A DNA stretch of 64,000 nt, taken from assembly GCA_963758635.1 (NCBI GenBank), contig CAVWWD010000003.1, forward strand, positions 576,001 to 640,000, in the 5' to 3' direction. Each line of letters begins with the position of its first letter. Position 1 is the stretch's first letter. The DNA is from an uncultured Candidatus Rokubacteria bacterium (GTDB lineage: Bacteria; Methylomirabilota; Methylomirabilia; Rokubacteriales; CSP1-6). The notes below the pieces were generated by a model that was given only the letters and a program-made list of their open reading frames with translations, was not told the DNA's origin and did no database searches. The translations under genes were made by a program, and so were the position numbers. Shown here piece by piece: positions 19,692-29,281 of this stretch.

Positions 19692-20878
19692 TCAGCCGAG
19701 TAGGACGACACGAAAGTCCCGCTGACCCCGGCGCCGGCGAAGCGGGCCAGGCGGAAGGGCGCGAGGCTCACCGGGGGCGTCGCGCCGGTGACGCGGGCGG
19801 CCATCATCTCGCCCACGGCGGGGGCCAGCTTGAACCCGTGGCCGGACATGCCGGCGGCCACGAAGAGGCCGGCCACCGGCGTCTCGTCGAGGATCGGCAT
19901 CCAGTCGGGCGTGATGTCGAAGGCGCCCGCGTAGCTCGTGTGGAGCCGCGCGTCGGCCAGCTTCGGCACCGCGCGCGCCGTTCGCTCGAGCGCCTCGGTG
20001 GCCTCCCCGAAGCCGGCCTCGCTGCCCAGGAGCTCCGGGTCCATCGGGTGCTGGGTCTCGTCGTCCGTCAGCGAGCCGGTGAGGGTCAGGCCGCCGGTCT
20101 CGGGCCTCACGTAGCTCCCGCCCGCCAGGTCGAGGTACACGGTATGGGGAGGTCCGAAGTCCGCGCTGCGCTCCAGGACGAACACGGGGTGGCGCCCGAT
20201 CATGATCGGCAGCTCGACGGCGGCCAGCGCGGCCACGGCCGGCGCCCAGAGGCCGGCGGCGTTGATCACGACCGGCGCGTCGATCGTCTCTCCCGAGCGG
20301 AGCGTCACGCCGGCCACCCGGTCGCCGTGGCGACGGATGGCCGTCACCTCCGCTCCCTGCTCGATCGTCACGCCGCGCTTCCGCGCCGCCTCGGCGTAGC
20401 CGGCGGTGACCGCCGAGGGATCGCCGTAGCCGGACTCGGGCTCGTGGAGCACCGCGCCGAGGCCGGCGGGATCGATGCGGGGCTCCACGCGCGCCACGTC
20501 GGCGGGATCGAGGATCGAGGCGCGGATGCCGAGGGACTGCTGGAGCGAGAGCGTCCTCTCGAGCGTGGGCCGCATCGCGGCGGACACGCCGATCAGGACG
20601 CCGCAGCCGACGTACCCGGAGTGGCCCGCCACCGCCTCGCCGAAGCGCTGGAACACGCGGAGCGAGCGCAGCACCATCTGGCTCGTCTCCGGCGTGGGAT
20701 AGAGCTGCCGGATGATGCCCACCGAGCGTCCCGTGCCGCCGGCGCCGAGGAACTTCCGCTCGAGCACCACGATGCGGCCGGCGCGGAGGCCGGCCAGGTG
20801 GAAGGCGATGGAGACGCCCGTCACGCCGCCGCCGATGATCACCACGTCGGCGGCGCGAGGCAGCCCGCCCGGGGTCAT
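19692..20878 (-). CDS. FAD-dependent oxidoreductase, DAO/sarcosine oxidase beta family (probable frameshift at the very 3' end)
   Basis: VVIIGGGVTG, GTGRSVG, NAAGLWA, DITPDWMPI, GMSGHGFKLAP. Confidence 0.9.
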
Positions 20879-21345
20879 GGAAGGAGGCGGATGGGATCGC
20901 CCGCGCGGATCCCGCCCGGGCGCAGCACGCGCGCGTACACTCGGCTGTCGCCGGGGTTCTGCTTCTGGGAGACGCGCGCGAAGTCGCCGTTCTTGAACGC
21001 GGCCTTGATCTTGAAGCACGGCGACGTGTAGCGAGTGACCTCGACCAGCACCTCGTCACCCAGGGCGAGACGGGCGCCGGGCACGACCGCGCTCCAGTCG
21101 ATGCCGGCCACGGTGATGTTCTCGCCGATGGCGCCGGGGACGATCGCGTGGCCCTCGGCCTGGAGCGCGTGGATGCGCTCGAGGGGGAAGAGGCAGACGG
21201 CCCGCTCCGGGCCGCCGTGGTATCGGAGGTCGCGCTGCTGATCGCCTTGCACGCCGAGCGTGGTCACCCGGGCCTCGGGGACCGGCAGCTTCGGTACGCC
21301 GCCACCGGACACGTTGATCTGCGCGATCTTCCCGATCGCACTCAC
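20875..21345 (-). CDS. MOSC domain protein
   Basis: SGGGVPK, HGGPERAVC, GENIT, SPC..I, ARVL..G.I..GD. Confidence 0.9.
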   Translation of the reverse strand: MSAIGKIAQINVSGGGVPKLPVPEARVTTLGVQGDQQRDLRYHGGPERAVCLFPLERIHALQAEGHAIVPGAIGENITVAGIDWSAVVPGARLALGDEVLVEVTRYTSPCFKIKAAFKNGDFARVSQKQNPGDSRVYARVLRPGGIRAGDPIRLLP

Positions 21346-21440
21346 CGCCGCGCCCGTCTGCCGATCTGCCTCGGCGCTCACAGCCGCACCCGCCGGCCGA
21401 TGTTTCTCACGCTCACAACCGCACCCGCCGGCCCATGTTC
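21340..21440 (-). repeat. Three imperfect ~35-bp tandem copies of the ocd stop / MOSC start junction
   Basis: AACATGGGCCGGCGGGTGCGGTTGTGAGCG, AACATCGGCCGGCGGGTGCGGCTGTGAGCG, CAGATCGGCAGACGGGCGCGGCGGTGAGTG. Confidence 0.7.
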
Positions 21441-22387
21441 CTCGCCATGGCCCGATCATACGCGAGCCGCGCGGTGGCGGCGTCCTCGGCGGCCCAGCCC
21501 ACGGACTTGAAGAGCGTGATCTCGCGATCGGAGCGGCGGCCCGGCTTCCGGCCACTGACCACCTCGGCGAGCTCGGCGACCACGTGCCGGCGCGGGAGCG
21601 CGCCCGCGCGGATGGGGATGAGCACGTCGCCCGCCTCCGTCCACGCGCCCTCGTACGTGTCCACCACCACGCGGGCGCGCCGCACGCCCTCCGTATCCAC
21701 CTCGCGCGCGTGGGGCAGGAAATTGCCGACCGCGTCCACGTGAGCGCCCGGGCGGAGATCGCGGCCCCTGAACACGGGCGTGGTGGCCGTGGTGGCGCAC
21801 ACCACCACGTCGGCGTCGCGGACGGCGGCGCTCCGATCAGTCGTGACCGTGACGGGCACGCGGAGCGCGCGACGCATGCGCGCGGCGAAGTCGCGGGCGC
21901 GCGCCGGGCTCCGGCCCACGACGGTGACGCGGTCGATCGGCCGCACCGCCTGCAGGCAGCGGAGCTGGAACTCCGCTTGCACCCCGGCGCCGAAGCAGGC
22001 GACGGAACGCGCGGCGGCGCGCGCGAGATGACGGGAGGCCAGCGCGGAGGCGGCGCCGGTGCGGATGGCGGTGAGGAAGCCGGCTTCCATGAGGGCCAGC
22101 GGCACGCCGGTGGTGGCATCCGTGAGCAGGTACGAGCCATGGATCGTGGGGAGGCGCCGCGCCTTGTTGCCGGGCACCCAGGTCACGAGCTTGGTGCCGA
22201 GCGTGCGACGTCGGGAAAGGCTCGCCACCATGGAGAGGAAGATGCCGCCGCCCGTCATCGGGAGCATGGCCCGGGGCAGCGCGCGCACCTGGCCCGCGGC
22301 CGCCTCCTGGAAGGCGGTCTCCACCGCGCCGATCACGTCGGCGGGTGACAGGAGGCGCTGGAGGTCCCGGCGCGTCAGGATCAGCAC
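21413..22387 (-). CDS. Ornithine cyclodeaminase/mu-crystallin family protein
   Basis: LTAIRTGA, GAGVQA, LFKSVG.A.ED. Confidence 0.9.
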   Translation of the reverse strand: MLILTRRDLQRLLSPADVIGAVETAFQEAAAGQVRALPRAMLPMTGGGIFLSMVASLSRRRTLGTKLVTWVPGNKARRLPTIHGSYLLTDATTGVPLALMEAGFLTAIRTGAASALASRHLARAAARSVACFGAGVQAEFQLRCLQAVRPIDRVTVVGRSPARARDFAARMRRALRVPVTVTTDRSAAVRDADVVVCATTATTPVFRGRDLRPGAHVDAVGNFLPHAREVDTEGVRRARVVVDTYEGAWTEAGDVLIPIRAGALPRRHVVAELAEVVSGRKPGRRSDREITLFKSVGWAAEDAATARLAYDRAMARNMGRRVRL

Positions 22388-22425
22388 GATGTCAGCCCCC
22401 CAGGCAGGCCACGATCGGCACGCGC

Positions 22426-23142
22426 TCAGCCTTCCCCGAGGTAGGCACGGCGCACCTCGGGGTTGTCGGCCAGCTCGCGCGCCGCGCCCTCCAGCACGAT
22501 GCCGCCCGTCTCCAGCACGTACCCGCGCCCGGCGATGGCCAGCGCCATCGCGGCGTTCTGCTCCACGAGCAGGATCGTGACGCCCTGGCGGTTGATGTCC
22601 TGGACCGTGTCGAAGATCTGCTCGACGATGACCGGGGCCAGGCCCATCGACGGCTCATCCAGCAGGAGGAGCCGCGGCCGCGCCATCAGCGCGCGCCCGA
22701 TGGCCAGCATCTGCTGCTCGCCGCCGGAGAGCGTGCCCGCGACCTGCACGCGGCGCTCCTTGAGCCGCGGGAAGATGGAGAACACCCGCTCCATGTCCGC
22801 GCCCACCTCGGGGTCGGCGCGGGTGTAGGCGCCCATCTCGAGATTTTCCACCACGGTGAGCCGGTTGAAGATCCGGCGGCCCTCGGGGACGTGGGTGATG
22901 CCGCGCGCCACGATGGCATGGGCGGGCACGCCGACCAGCGACACGCCCTCCAGCGTCACCTCGCCCGCGCGCGGGCCGAGGAGCCCGGAGAGCGTGCGGA
23001 GCGTCGTGGTCTTGCCCGCGCCGTTGTTCCCGAGGAGCGCGACGATCTCGCCCTGTCCCACGCGGAACGTGACGCCCTTGAGGGCGTGGATCTCGCCGTA
23101 GTAGACGTGCAGGTCGCGGACGTCGAGCATGGCGCGCGTCAC
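22426..23142 (-). CDS. livF: Branched-chain amino acid ABC transporter ATPase
   Basis: GNNGAGKTT, LSGGEQQML, LDEPSMGLAP. Confidence 0.93.
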   Translation of the reverse strand: MTRAMLDVRDLHVYYGEIHALKGVTFRVGQGEIVALLGNNGAGKTTTLRTLSGLLGPRAGEVTLEGVSLVGVPAHAIVARGITHVPEGRRIFNRLTVVENLEMGAYTRADPEVGADMERVFSIFPRLKERRVQVAGTLSGGEQQMLAIGRALMARPRLLLLDEPSMGLAPVIVEQIFDTVQDINRQGVTILLVEQNAAMALAIAGRGYVLETGGIVLEGAARELADNPEVRRAYLGEG

Positions 23143-23927
23143 CCCGTCCCCGCCGTGCCGACCCGCCGGCGGCCCAGGTACGCCTCGATCACGCGGGGGT
23201 TCCGCTGCACGTCCGCGGGGCGGCCCTCGGCGATCTTCTGGCCGTAGTCCAGCACCGTCACGTGGTCCGACACCTCCATGACCACGCGCATGTTGTGCTC
23301 GATCAGGAGGATCGTGACCCCGCGCTCGCGCACGAGCACGCGCAGGAGGTCCATGAGGCTCCGCGCCTCGCCCTGCGTCATGCCCGCGGTGGGCTCGTCG
23401 AGGAGCAGGAGCGCGGGCTCGGAGGCGAGCGCGCGGCCCAGCTCGAGGCGCCGCTGGTCGCCGTACGGCAGGTTCCGGGCGAGCGCGTTGGCCTTGTCGC
23501 GGAGGCCGACCACGCTCAGGATCTCGGCGGCCCGCGTCCAGAGCCGCTGCTCCTCGCCGTGCCACTTCGGACCGCGGGCCAGCACCTGCCAGAGCCCGAG
23601 CGGCACACGGCTGTGCATGCCCACCAGCACGTTCTCCGCTGCCGTCATGTTCGCGAAGAGGCGGATGTTCTGGAACGTGCGGCAGATGCCGAGCGCGGTG
23701 ATCTGGTCCGGCCGTCGCCCGATCACCGGCTGGCCGCGGAACGTGACGGCGCCGGCCTCCGGCACGTAGATCCCGGTGAAGACGTTGAAGAACGTCGTCT
23801 TGCCCGCGCCGTTGGGGCCGATGATCGACGCGATGTGCCCCTCGTCGAGCGTGAAGTCCACCTCGTCCAGCGCGGTGAGGCCGCCGAACCGCTTGGAGAC
23901 GCCCCTGGCCTCGAGGAGGACGGCCAT
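23139..23927 (-). CDS. livG: Branched-chain amino acid ABC transporter ATPase
   Basis: GPNGAGKTT, RTFQNIRLF, LPYGDQRRLE, VIEAYLG. Confidence 0.93.
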   Translation of the reverse strand: MAVLLEARGVSKRFGGLTALDEVDFTLDEGHIASIIGPNGAGKTTFFNVFTGIYVPEAGAVTFRGQPVIGRRPDQITALGICRTFQNIRLFANMTAAENVLVGMHSRVPLGLWQVLARGPKWHGEEQRLWTRAAEILSVVGLRDKANALARNLPYGDQRRLELGRALASEPALLLLDEPTAGMTQGEARSLMDLLRVLVRERGVTILLIEHNMRVVMEVSDHVTVLDYGQKIAEGRPADVQRNPRVIEAYLGRRRVGTAGTG

Positions 23928-25210
23928 CAGGACGCGGGCGGGCCGCCCGCGGGCCCGTCGGTCAGCTCGCGATGGCGGCGCCGGGCGGGGAGGATGCCGG
24001 CGGGACGGAAGATCATCATCACCACGAGGATCAGGCCGAACACCATGCGCTCGTACTTGGCCGGCTCGAGCTGCGTGGGGAGGTTGGCGAGGCTCCAGCC
24101 GAAGATGGTCACGCCGGCGTTCCTGAGCTCGTTGAGCCAGAGCGAGAGGCCCTTCAGGACCTGGAGGTTCAGCACCGTCACCACGGTGGCGCCGAGCACG
24201 GCGCCGGGGATGGATCCCATGCCGCCCAGGATGACCATGGCGAGGACGCCGATCGACTCCATGAACGTGAACGACTCCGGGTTGATGAACACCTGCTTGG
24301 CCGAGAAGAGCACGCCCACCGCGCCCGCGAACGACGCCCCGCACGCGAAGGCCAGGAGCTTGGTGCGCACGAGGGGCACGCCCATCGCCTGGGCGGCGGT
24401 CTGATCCTCGCGGATCGCCTCCCAGGCGCGGCCGATGTGCGAGTCCTCCAGGCGCCGGTTCACGAGGATCGTGACCCCGACGATCACGAGCACGAGGAAG
24501 TAGAGGTAGAGCGGGATAGATCACGTTGGGGTTCGGGTCGATGCCGAGCGCCTGCAGCAACGGCGCGAAGAAGATGGGCGGGCGGGAGATGGGCGTGATG
24601 CCCTTCGGGCCCGTTGGTGAAGTTGATCGGCTTGTCGAGGTTGTTGGCGAGGACGCGGATCACCTCGCCGAAGCCCAGCGTGACGATCGCCAGGTAGTCG
24701 CCGTGGAGGCGGAGCACGGGCAGGCCCAGCAGGATGCCCGCGCCCGCGGCCACGCCGATGCCGACCAGCAGGAACACGAAGAACCACGCGGGCGACAGCG
24801 GGAAGAATGTGCCCCCGGCGATCTGGTTCGCCTGGGGCGAGCCGAACACCGCCCACGAGTAGGCGCCGACGGCGAAGAAGGCGACGTAGCCCAGGTCGAG
24901 GAGCCCGGCGAGGCCCACCACGATGTTGAGGCCCAGCGCGAGGGCCACGAAGATGCCCACCTGGATGGCGATCTCCAGGTAGTAGCCGTTGATCGAGCCC
25001 AGGACCGGCATGAGCACGCCCAGGGTGGCCACGGCCATGAGCGTCTTGAGCCGGCCCGGGATGTTCGCGAAGTAGAGGAGGAGGATCGAGGCCTGGAACA
25101 GCATGAAGACCACGATCGAGCGCGGGAAGTGGGCCACGCCGTAGGAGGTCATGGCGATGGCGGCGACGGTGATCGCCAGGGCGGAGAGCGGACGACCGAG
25201 GAGGTTTCAT
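23927..25210 (-). CDS. livM: Branched-chain amino acid ABC transporter permease (about 3 frameshifts)
   Basis: [42 protein letters not shown] across successive frames. Confidence 0.88.
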
Positions 25211-25232
25211 GTGCGTCTGCGGTCAGGCGTTC

Positions 25233-25401
25233 GCGGTCGTTTCCAAGGCATTTCCATATACGCTCGGCTCGCCTTCGGCTCACCTCGCAAAGCAGGTGCC
25301 CCAGTCATGAGCGCTGGCGGACGACCGGTTGCGGTCGTTTCCAAGGCATTTCCATATGCGCTCGGCTCGCCTTCGGCTCACCTCGCAAAGCAGGTGCCCC
25401 A
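25233..25401 (-). repeat. Two 71-bp direct repeats (25233-25303, 25331-25401) carrying the family A tandem-G.A hairpin, between livH and livM
   Basis: TGGGGCACCTGCTTTGCGAGGTGAGCCGAAGGCGAGCCGAGCG(C/T)ATATGGAAATGCCTTGGAAACGACCGC twice, 1 mismatch, 98-bp period. Confidence 0.92.
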
Positions 25402-25403
25402 AG

Positions 25404-26375
25404 TCAGGCCCGCTCGCGGACGACTTCACCCAGGAGCCCCTTGGGGCGGAAGATCAGGATGAGGATCAGGATCGAGAACGCGAAGATGTCCTTGTACTCG
25501 GCGCCGAAGGCGCCGCCGGTCAGGAGCGAGAGGTAGGAGGCGGCGAAGGCTTCCAGCAAGCCCAGCACGAGGCCGCCGATCATGGCGCCCGGGATGTTGC
25601 CGATGCCGCCGAGCACGGCGGCGGTGAACGCCTTGAGCCCGGGGATGAAGCCCGTGTAGGGATTGATGAGGCTGTACTGCACGCCGAACAGCACGCCCGC
25701 CGCGCCCCCCATGGCCCCGCCGATCAGGAACGTGAGCGAGATCATCCGGTTCACGTTGATGCCCATGAGGCTGGCGGTGGCCTGGTCCTCGGCCACGGCG
25801 CGGATGGCCTTGCCGATCTTGGTGCGGTTCACGAGGACGTGGAGGCCCCACAGCATCAGCAGCGAGGCCAGGATGACCACCAGCGACTTGATCGAGACGT
25901 CCACCGTCTCGGTCAGGCTGAAGCGGAGGTTCAGGTCCTCCATGGTCGGGTAGACCAGGTTGAAGGAGTTCCGCCAGATCGACTCGAAGAGGCGGATGGC
26001 GTCCTGCAGGAAGAACGACACACCGATGGCGGAGATGAGCGGGATGAGCCGGGGCGCCGTGCGGAGCGGCCGGTAGGCCACGCGCTCGACGGTGACGGCC
26101 AGGAGCCCGCTGGCCAGCATGCCGAGCAGGAGCACGACGGGCAGCACCAGCAGCGGCCACATCACGTCGAGCCAGCCCAGCGCCTTCAGCGTCAGGAGCA
26201 CCTCAACGCCGACGAAGGCGCCGACGATGAAGATCTCCGAGTGGGCGAAGTTGATGAACTCGAGGACGCCGTAGACCATCGTGTAGCCGAGCGCGATGAG
26301 GGCGTACATGAACCCCAGGACCAGGCCGTCGATCAGGACCTGGGGGAGGATGGCGAGGAGGAGCGGGAAGTCCAT
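25404..26375 (-). CDS. livH: Branched-chain amino acid ABC transporter permease
   Basis: YALIALGYTMVYG..INFAH, ERVAYRPL, LKAFTAAVLGGIG. Confidence 0.93.
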   Translation of the reverse strand: MDFPLLLAILPQVLIDGLVLGFMYALIALGYTMVYGVLEFINFAHSEIFIVGAFVGVEVLLTLKALGWLDVMWPLLVLPVVLLLGMLASGLLAVTVERVAYRPLRTAPRLIPLISAIGVSFFLQDAIRLFESIWRNSFNLVYPTMEDLNLRFSLTETVDVSIKSLVVILASLLMLWGLHVLVNRTKIGKAIRAVAEDQATASLMGINVNRMISLTFLIGGAMGGAAGVLFGVQYSLINPYTGFIPGLKAFTAAVLGGIGNIPGAMIGGLVLGLLEAFAASYLSLLTGGAFGAEYKDIFAFSILILILIFRPKGLLGEVVRERA

Positions 26376-26392
26376 GCCGGCCCCTGACATGA

Positions 26393-26427
26393 CGAAGGGG
26401 AGGGGCCTAGCGGGCCCCTCCCCTTCG
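26393..26427 (-). terminator. Strong hairpin after the substrate-binding gene (attenuator or mRNA stabiliser)
   Basis: CGAAGGGGAGGGGCC-TAGCG-GGCCCCTCCCCTTCG perfect 15-bp stem. Confidence 0.65.
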
Positions 26428-26444
26428 AGGGCGCATGCGGCGAG

Positions 26445-27647
26445 CTACGACTTCTTGAGCGGCGGCGCCGCGATGTCGAGCGTCTTGATCGGCTTGTTCT
26501 CGTTCCACTTCGCGGGGTCGTCGGAGGCCACGGTCAGGACGAAGTACTTCGCCTTCTTCGGGTCGCCCTTCTCGTCGAACTCGACGCCGCCCGTGATGCC
26601 CGTGTGCTTGGTCTTCCGGATCGCCACCGAGACCTGCTCACGGCTGGGCAGCTTGCCGCCCGCCGCCTTCACCGCCGCCTCGATGCCCTTCAGGCCGATC
26701 GCCGTCGCGTCGTAGGCCTGGGCCGCGAAGGGCTCCGGATCCTTCTTGAACTTGTCCTTGTACTCCTTGGCGAAGGCGGCGGCGTCCTTGTACACGGACA
26801 CCGGGCCGGCGACCGACGTGTAGAACATGCCCTGGACGGCCTTGCCGGCGATCTTCGTGAGGTCCGACGAGTCCAGCCCGTCCGGCCCCATGAACACGGC
26901 CTTGACGCCCTTCTCGCGCGCCTGCTTGAAGAACGGCGCGGCCTGGTCGTAGATGCCGCCGAAGTAGATCAGGTCGGGATTCTTGGCCTTCATCGGGGTG
27001 ATGATCGGGTCGAAGTTCGACTTCTCCTCCGTCCCCTCGAAGCCGAGGATCTTGATGCCCTTCTTCTCCGCGTCGGCCTTGAAGAACTCGGCCACGCCCT
27101 GCCCATACGTGGTCTTGTCGTGGATCACGTACGCCGACTTCCAGCCCTTCGACTTCGCGAACTCCGCGCCCACCACGCCCTGCACGTCGTCACGGCCGCA
27201 CACGCGGCTGACGTTCAGGTAGTTGCGGTCGGTGACGGTGGGGTTGGTGTTGGCGGGGGAGATCATCGCGAGCTGCGACTCCTTGTACTTCTCGGAGGAG
27301 GGGATGGCCACGCCGGAGTTCAGGTGGCCGATGACCAGCAGGATGTCCTTGTCCGCGATGATGTTGGCGGCGTTGGCCACGCCCACGTCGGGCTTGGCCT
27401 GGTCGTCGAACGGCACCAGCTCCACCTTGTAGCCGGCCTTCTCCAGCGGGCCCTTCAGCTTGTCGATGGCGAGCTGGGTGCCGAGCTTGATGCCCTCGCC
27501 GAGGGCGGCCTGGCCGCCGGACAGCGGGCTCTGCGTGGCGATCTTGATGGTGCCCTTGGACTGCGCGTCGGTGAGCGTCGTGATCGGCAGCACCAGCGCG
27601 AGGGCGATGAGGGCGACGAGCCAGTGACGCAGTCGCATGGTCCGCAT
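26445..27647 (-). CDS. livK: Branched-chain amino acid ABC transporter substrate-binding protein
   Basis: Signal peptide, PLSG, DDQAKP, GHLNSGV, DKTTYGQG, YDA. Confidence 0.9.
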   Translation of the reverse strand: MRTMRLRHWLVALIALALVLPITTLTDAQSKGTIKIATQSPLSGGQAALGEGIKLGTQLAIDKLKGPLEKAGYKVELVPFDDQAKPDVGVANAANIIADKDILLVIGHLNSGVAIPSSEKYKESQLAMISPANTNPTVTDRNYLNVSRVCGRDDVQGVVGAEFAKSKGWKSAYVIHDKTTYGQGVAEFFKADAEKKGIKILGFEGTEEKSNFDPIITPMKAKNPDLIYFGGIYDQAAPFFKQAREKGVKAVFMGPDGLDSSDLTKIAGKAVQGMFYTSVAGPVSVYKDAAAFAKEYKDKFKKDPEPFAAQAYDATAIGLKGIEAAVKAAGGKLPSREQVSVAIRKTKHTGITGGVEFDEKGDPKKAKYFVLTVASDDPAKWNENKPIKTLDIAAPPLKKS

Positions 27648-27698
27648 CAGGTTCCTCCTGAAAGAGGGAAGCGTGAGTTCGGTTGAAAAATCGACGCC

Positions 27699-27726
27699 AT
27701 TATAGCGATTTCACCCAGTGCGTCAA
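27699..27726 (-). promoter_or_regulatory. sigma70-type promoter of the liv operon
   Basis: TTGACG-N16-TATAAT on - strand upstream of livK. Confidence 0.7.
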
Positions 27727-29174
27727 CGACGAGCGGCGGCCCATCCGGTTCCCGGCGGCGCGCGACCGTGGCGCTCCCGGCAGGAGCACGCGGACCGACG
27801 AGCGGCCACAGCCGGAGCTCTCACGCCGGCTCGCATCGAGGCCCCGACGTCGAGCCGCGGCACAGGTCCGCAGCCCCGGGCCACGAACTCCGGGTCGGCG
27901 AGGAGCTTGAGGTGGTACGGGATCGTGGTCTTGATCCCCTCCACCACGGTCTCGCCGAGCGCCCGTTGCATCCGCACGATGGCCTCGGCGCGGTCACCCC
28001 CGTGCACGACGATCTTGGCGACCAGGGAGTCGTAGTGGGGCGGCACGACGTAGCCGCTCCGGAGATGGCTGTCCACGCGCACCTTGGGTCCGCCCGGCGG
28101 CACCCAGGCGGTGACGCGGCCCGGGGACGGCGCGAAGGTCTCCGGGTCCTCGGCGTTCACCCGGCACTCGATGGCGTGGCCCGTGAAGCGGATGGCGTCC
28201 TGCCGGTAGCCGAGCGGCTCGCCCGCCGCGATGCGGATCTGCTCGTGGACCAGGTCCAGGCCGGTGAGGATCTCCGTCACGGGGTGCTCGACCTGGATGC
28301 GGGTGTTCATCTCGATGAAGTAGAAGCGCCCGTCGCGCGCCACGAGGAACTCCACGGTGCCCGCCGACACGTAGTTCACCGCGTTCGCCACCGCGAGGGC
28401 GGCCTTGTGGAGGCCGGCGCGCGTCTCGGGCGAGATGAAGACGGCGGGCGCCTCCTCGAGGAGCTTCTGGTGGCGGCGCTGCACCGAGCAGTCCCGCTCG
28501 CCCAGGTGCACGCGGATGCCGTTCTTGTCGCCCAGCACCTGCACCTCGACGTGGCGGGCGTCCTCGACGAACTTCTCCAGGTAGAGGTCGGCGCTGCCGA
28601 AGCCCTTGAGGGCCTCGGACCCGCACGTGGCGTAGGCCCGCTCGAGCTCGGCCGCCTCGCGCACCACGCGCATGCCGCGGCCGCCGCCGCCCGCCGAGGC
28701 CTTCAGCATGACCGGGTAGCCGACCTCGGCGGCCAGCTCGCGCGCCTCGTCGACCCCCCGGAGCGGGCCCGGGCTGCCCGGCACCACCGGCGCGCCGGCC
28801 TGCTCGGCCATGCGGCGGGCCTGCGCCTTGTCGCCCATGAGCCGGATGGCCTCGGGCGACGGGCCGATGAACGTGATGCTGCAGCCGCGGCAGATCTCCG
28901 CGAACGCCGCGTTCTCGGCGAGGAGCCCGTAGCCGGGGTGGATCGCTTCGCTGTCGGAGATGGCGGCGGCCGAGATGATCGCGGGGATGTTCAGGTAGCT
29001 CGCCCGCGCCTCCGCCGGGCCGATGCAGATGGACTGGTCGGCCAGCTTCACGGGCAGGGAGTCCGCGTCCGCGGTGGAGTGCGCGATCACCGCGCGGATG
29101 CCCATCTCGTGGCAGGTGCGGATGATGCGCAGCGCGATCTCGCCGCGGTTGGCGATGAGGATCTTGTTGAACAG
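27723..29174 (-). CDS. accC: Acetyl-CoA carboxylase biotin carboxylase subunit (apparent CTG start; 3' end uncertain)
   Basis: FNKILIANRGEIA, HPGYG, GGGGRGM, ERDCSVQRRHQK, EMNTRIQVEH. Confidence 0.93.
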   Translation of the reverse strand: MFNKILIANRGEIALRIIRTCHEMGIRAVIAHSTADADSLPVKLADQSICIGPAEARASYLNIPAIISAAAISDSEAIHPGYGLLAENAAFAEICRGCSITFIGPSPEAIRLMGDKAQARRMAEQAGAPVVPGSPGPLRGVDEARELAAEVGYPVMLKASAGGGGRGMRVVREAAELERAYATCGSEALKGFGSADLYLEKFVEDARHVEVQVLGDKNGIRVHLGERDCSVQRRHQKLLEEAPAVFISPETRAGLHKAALAVANAVNYVSAGTVEFLVARDGRFYFIEMNTRIQVEHPVTEILTGLDLVHEQIRIAAGEPLGYRQDAIRFTGHAIECRVNAEDPETFAPSPGRVTAWVPPGGPKVRVDSHLRSGYVVPPHYDSLVAKIVVHGGDRAEAIVRMQRALGETVVEGIKTTIPYHLKLLADPEFVARGCGPVPRLDVGASMRAGVRAPAVAARRSACSCRERHGRAPPGTGWAAARR

Positions 29175-29281
29175 GGTGCGGCCTCTCGCGAATGCCGCCG
29201 ACTACAGCGGACGAGTCATGACCGGGTTCACCGGACGCACGCGCTGTTCCAGGTCCGCCTCCGATCGCGAATGATGCGGGC

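Noticed and set aside
25233..25401. CRISPR array
   Set aside because: Only two 71-bp units, the 'spacer' is a copy of the livH end, and there are no cas genes
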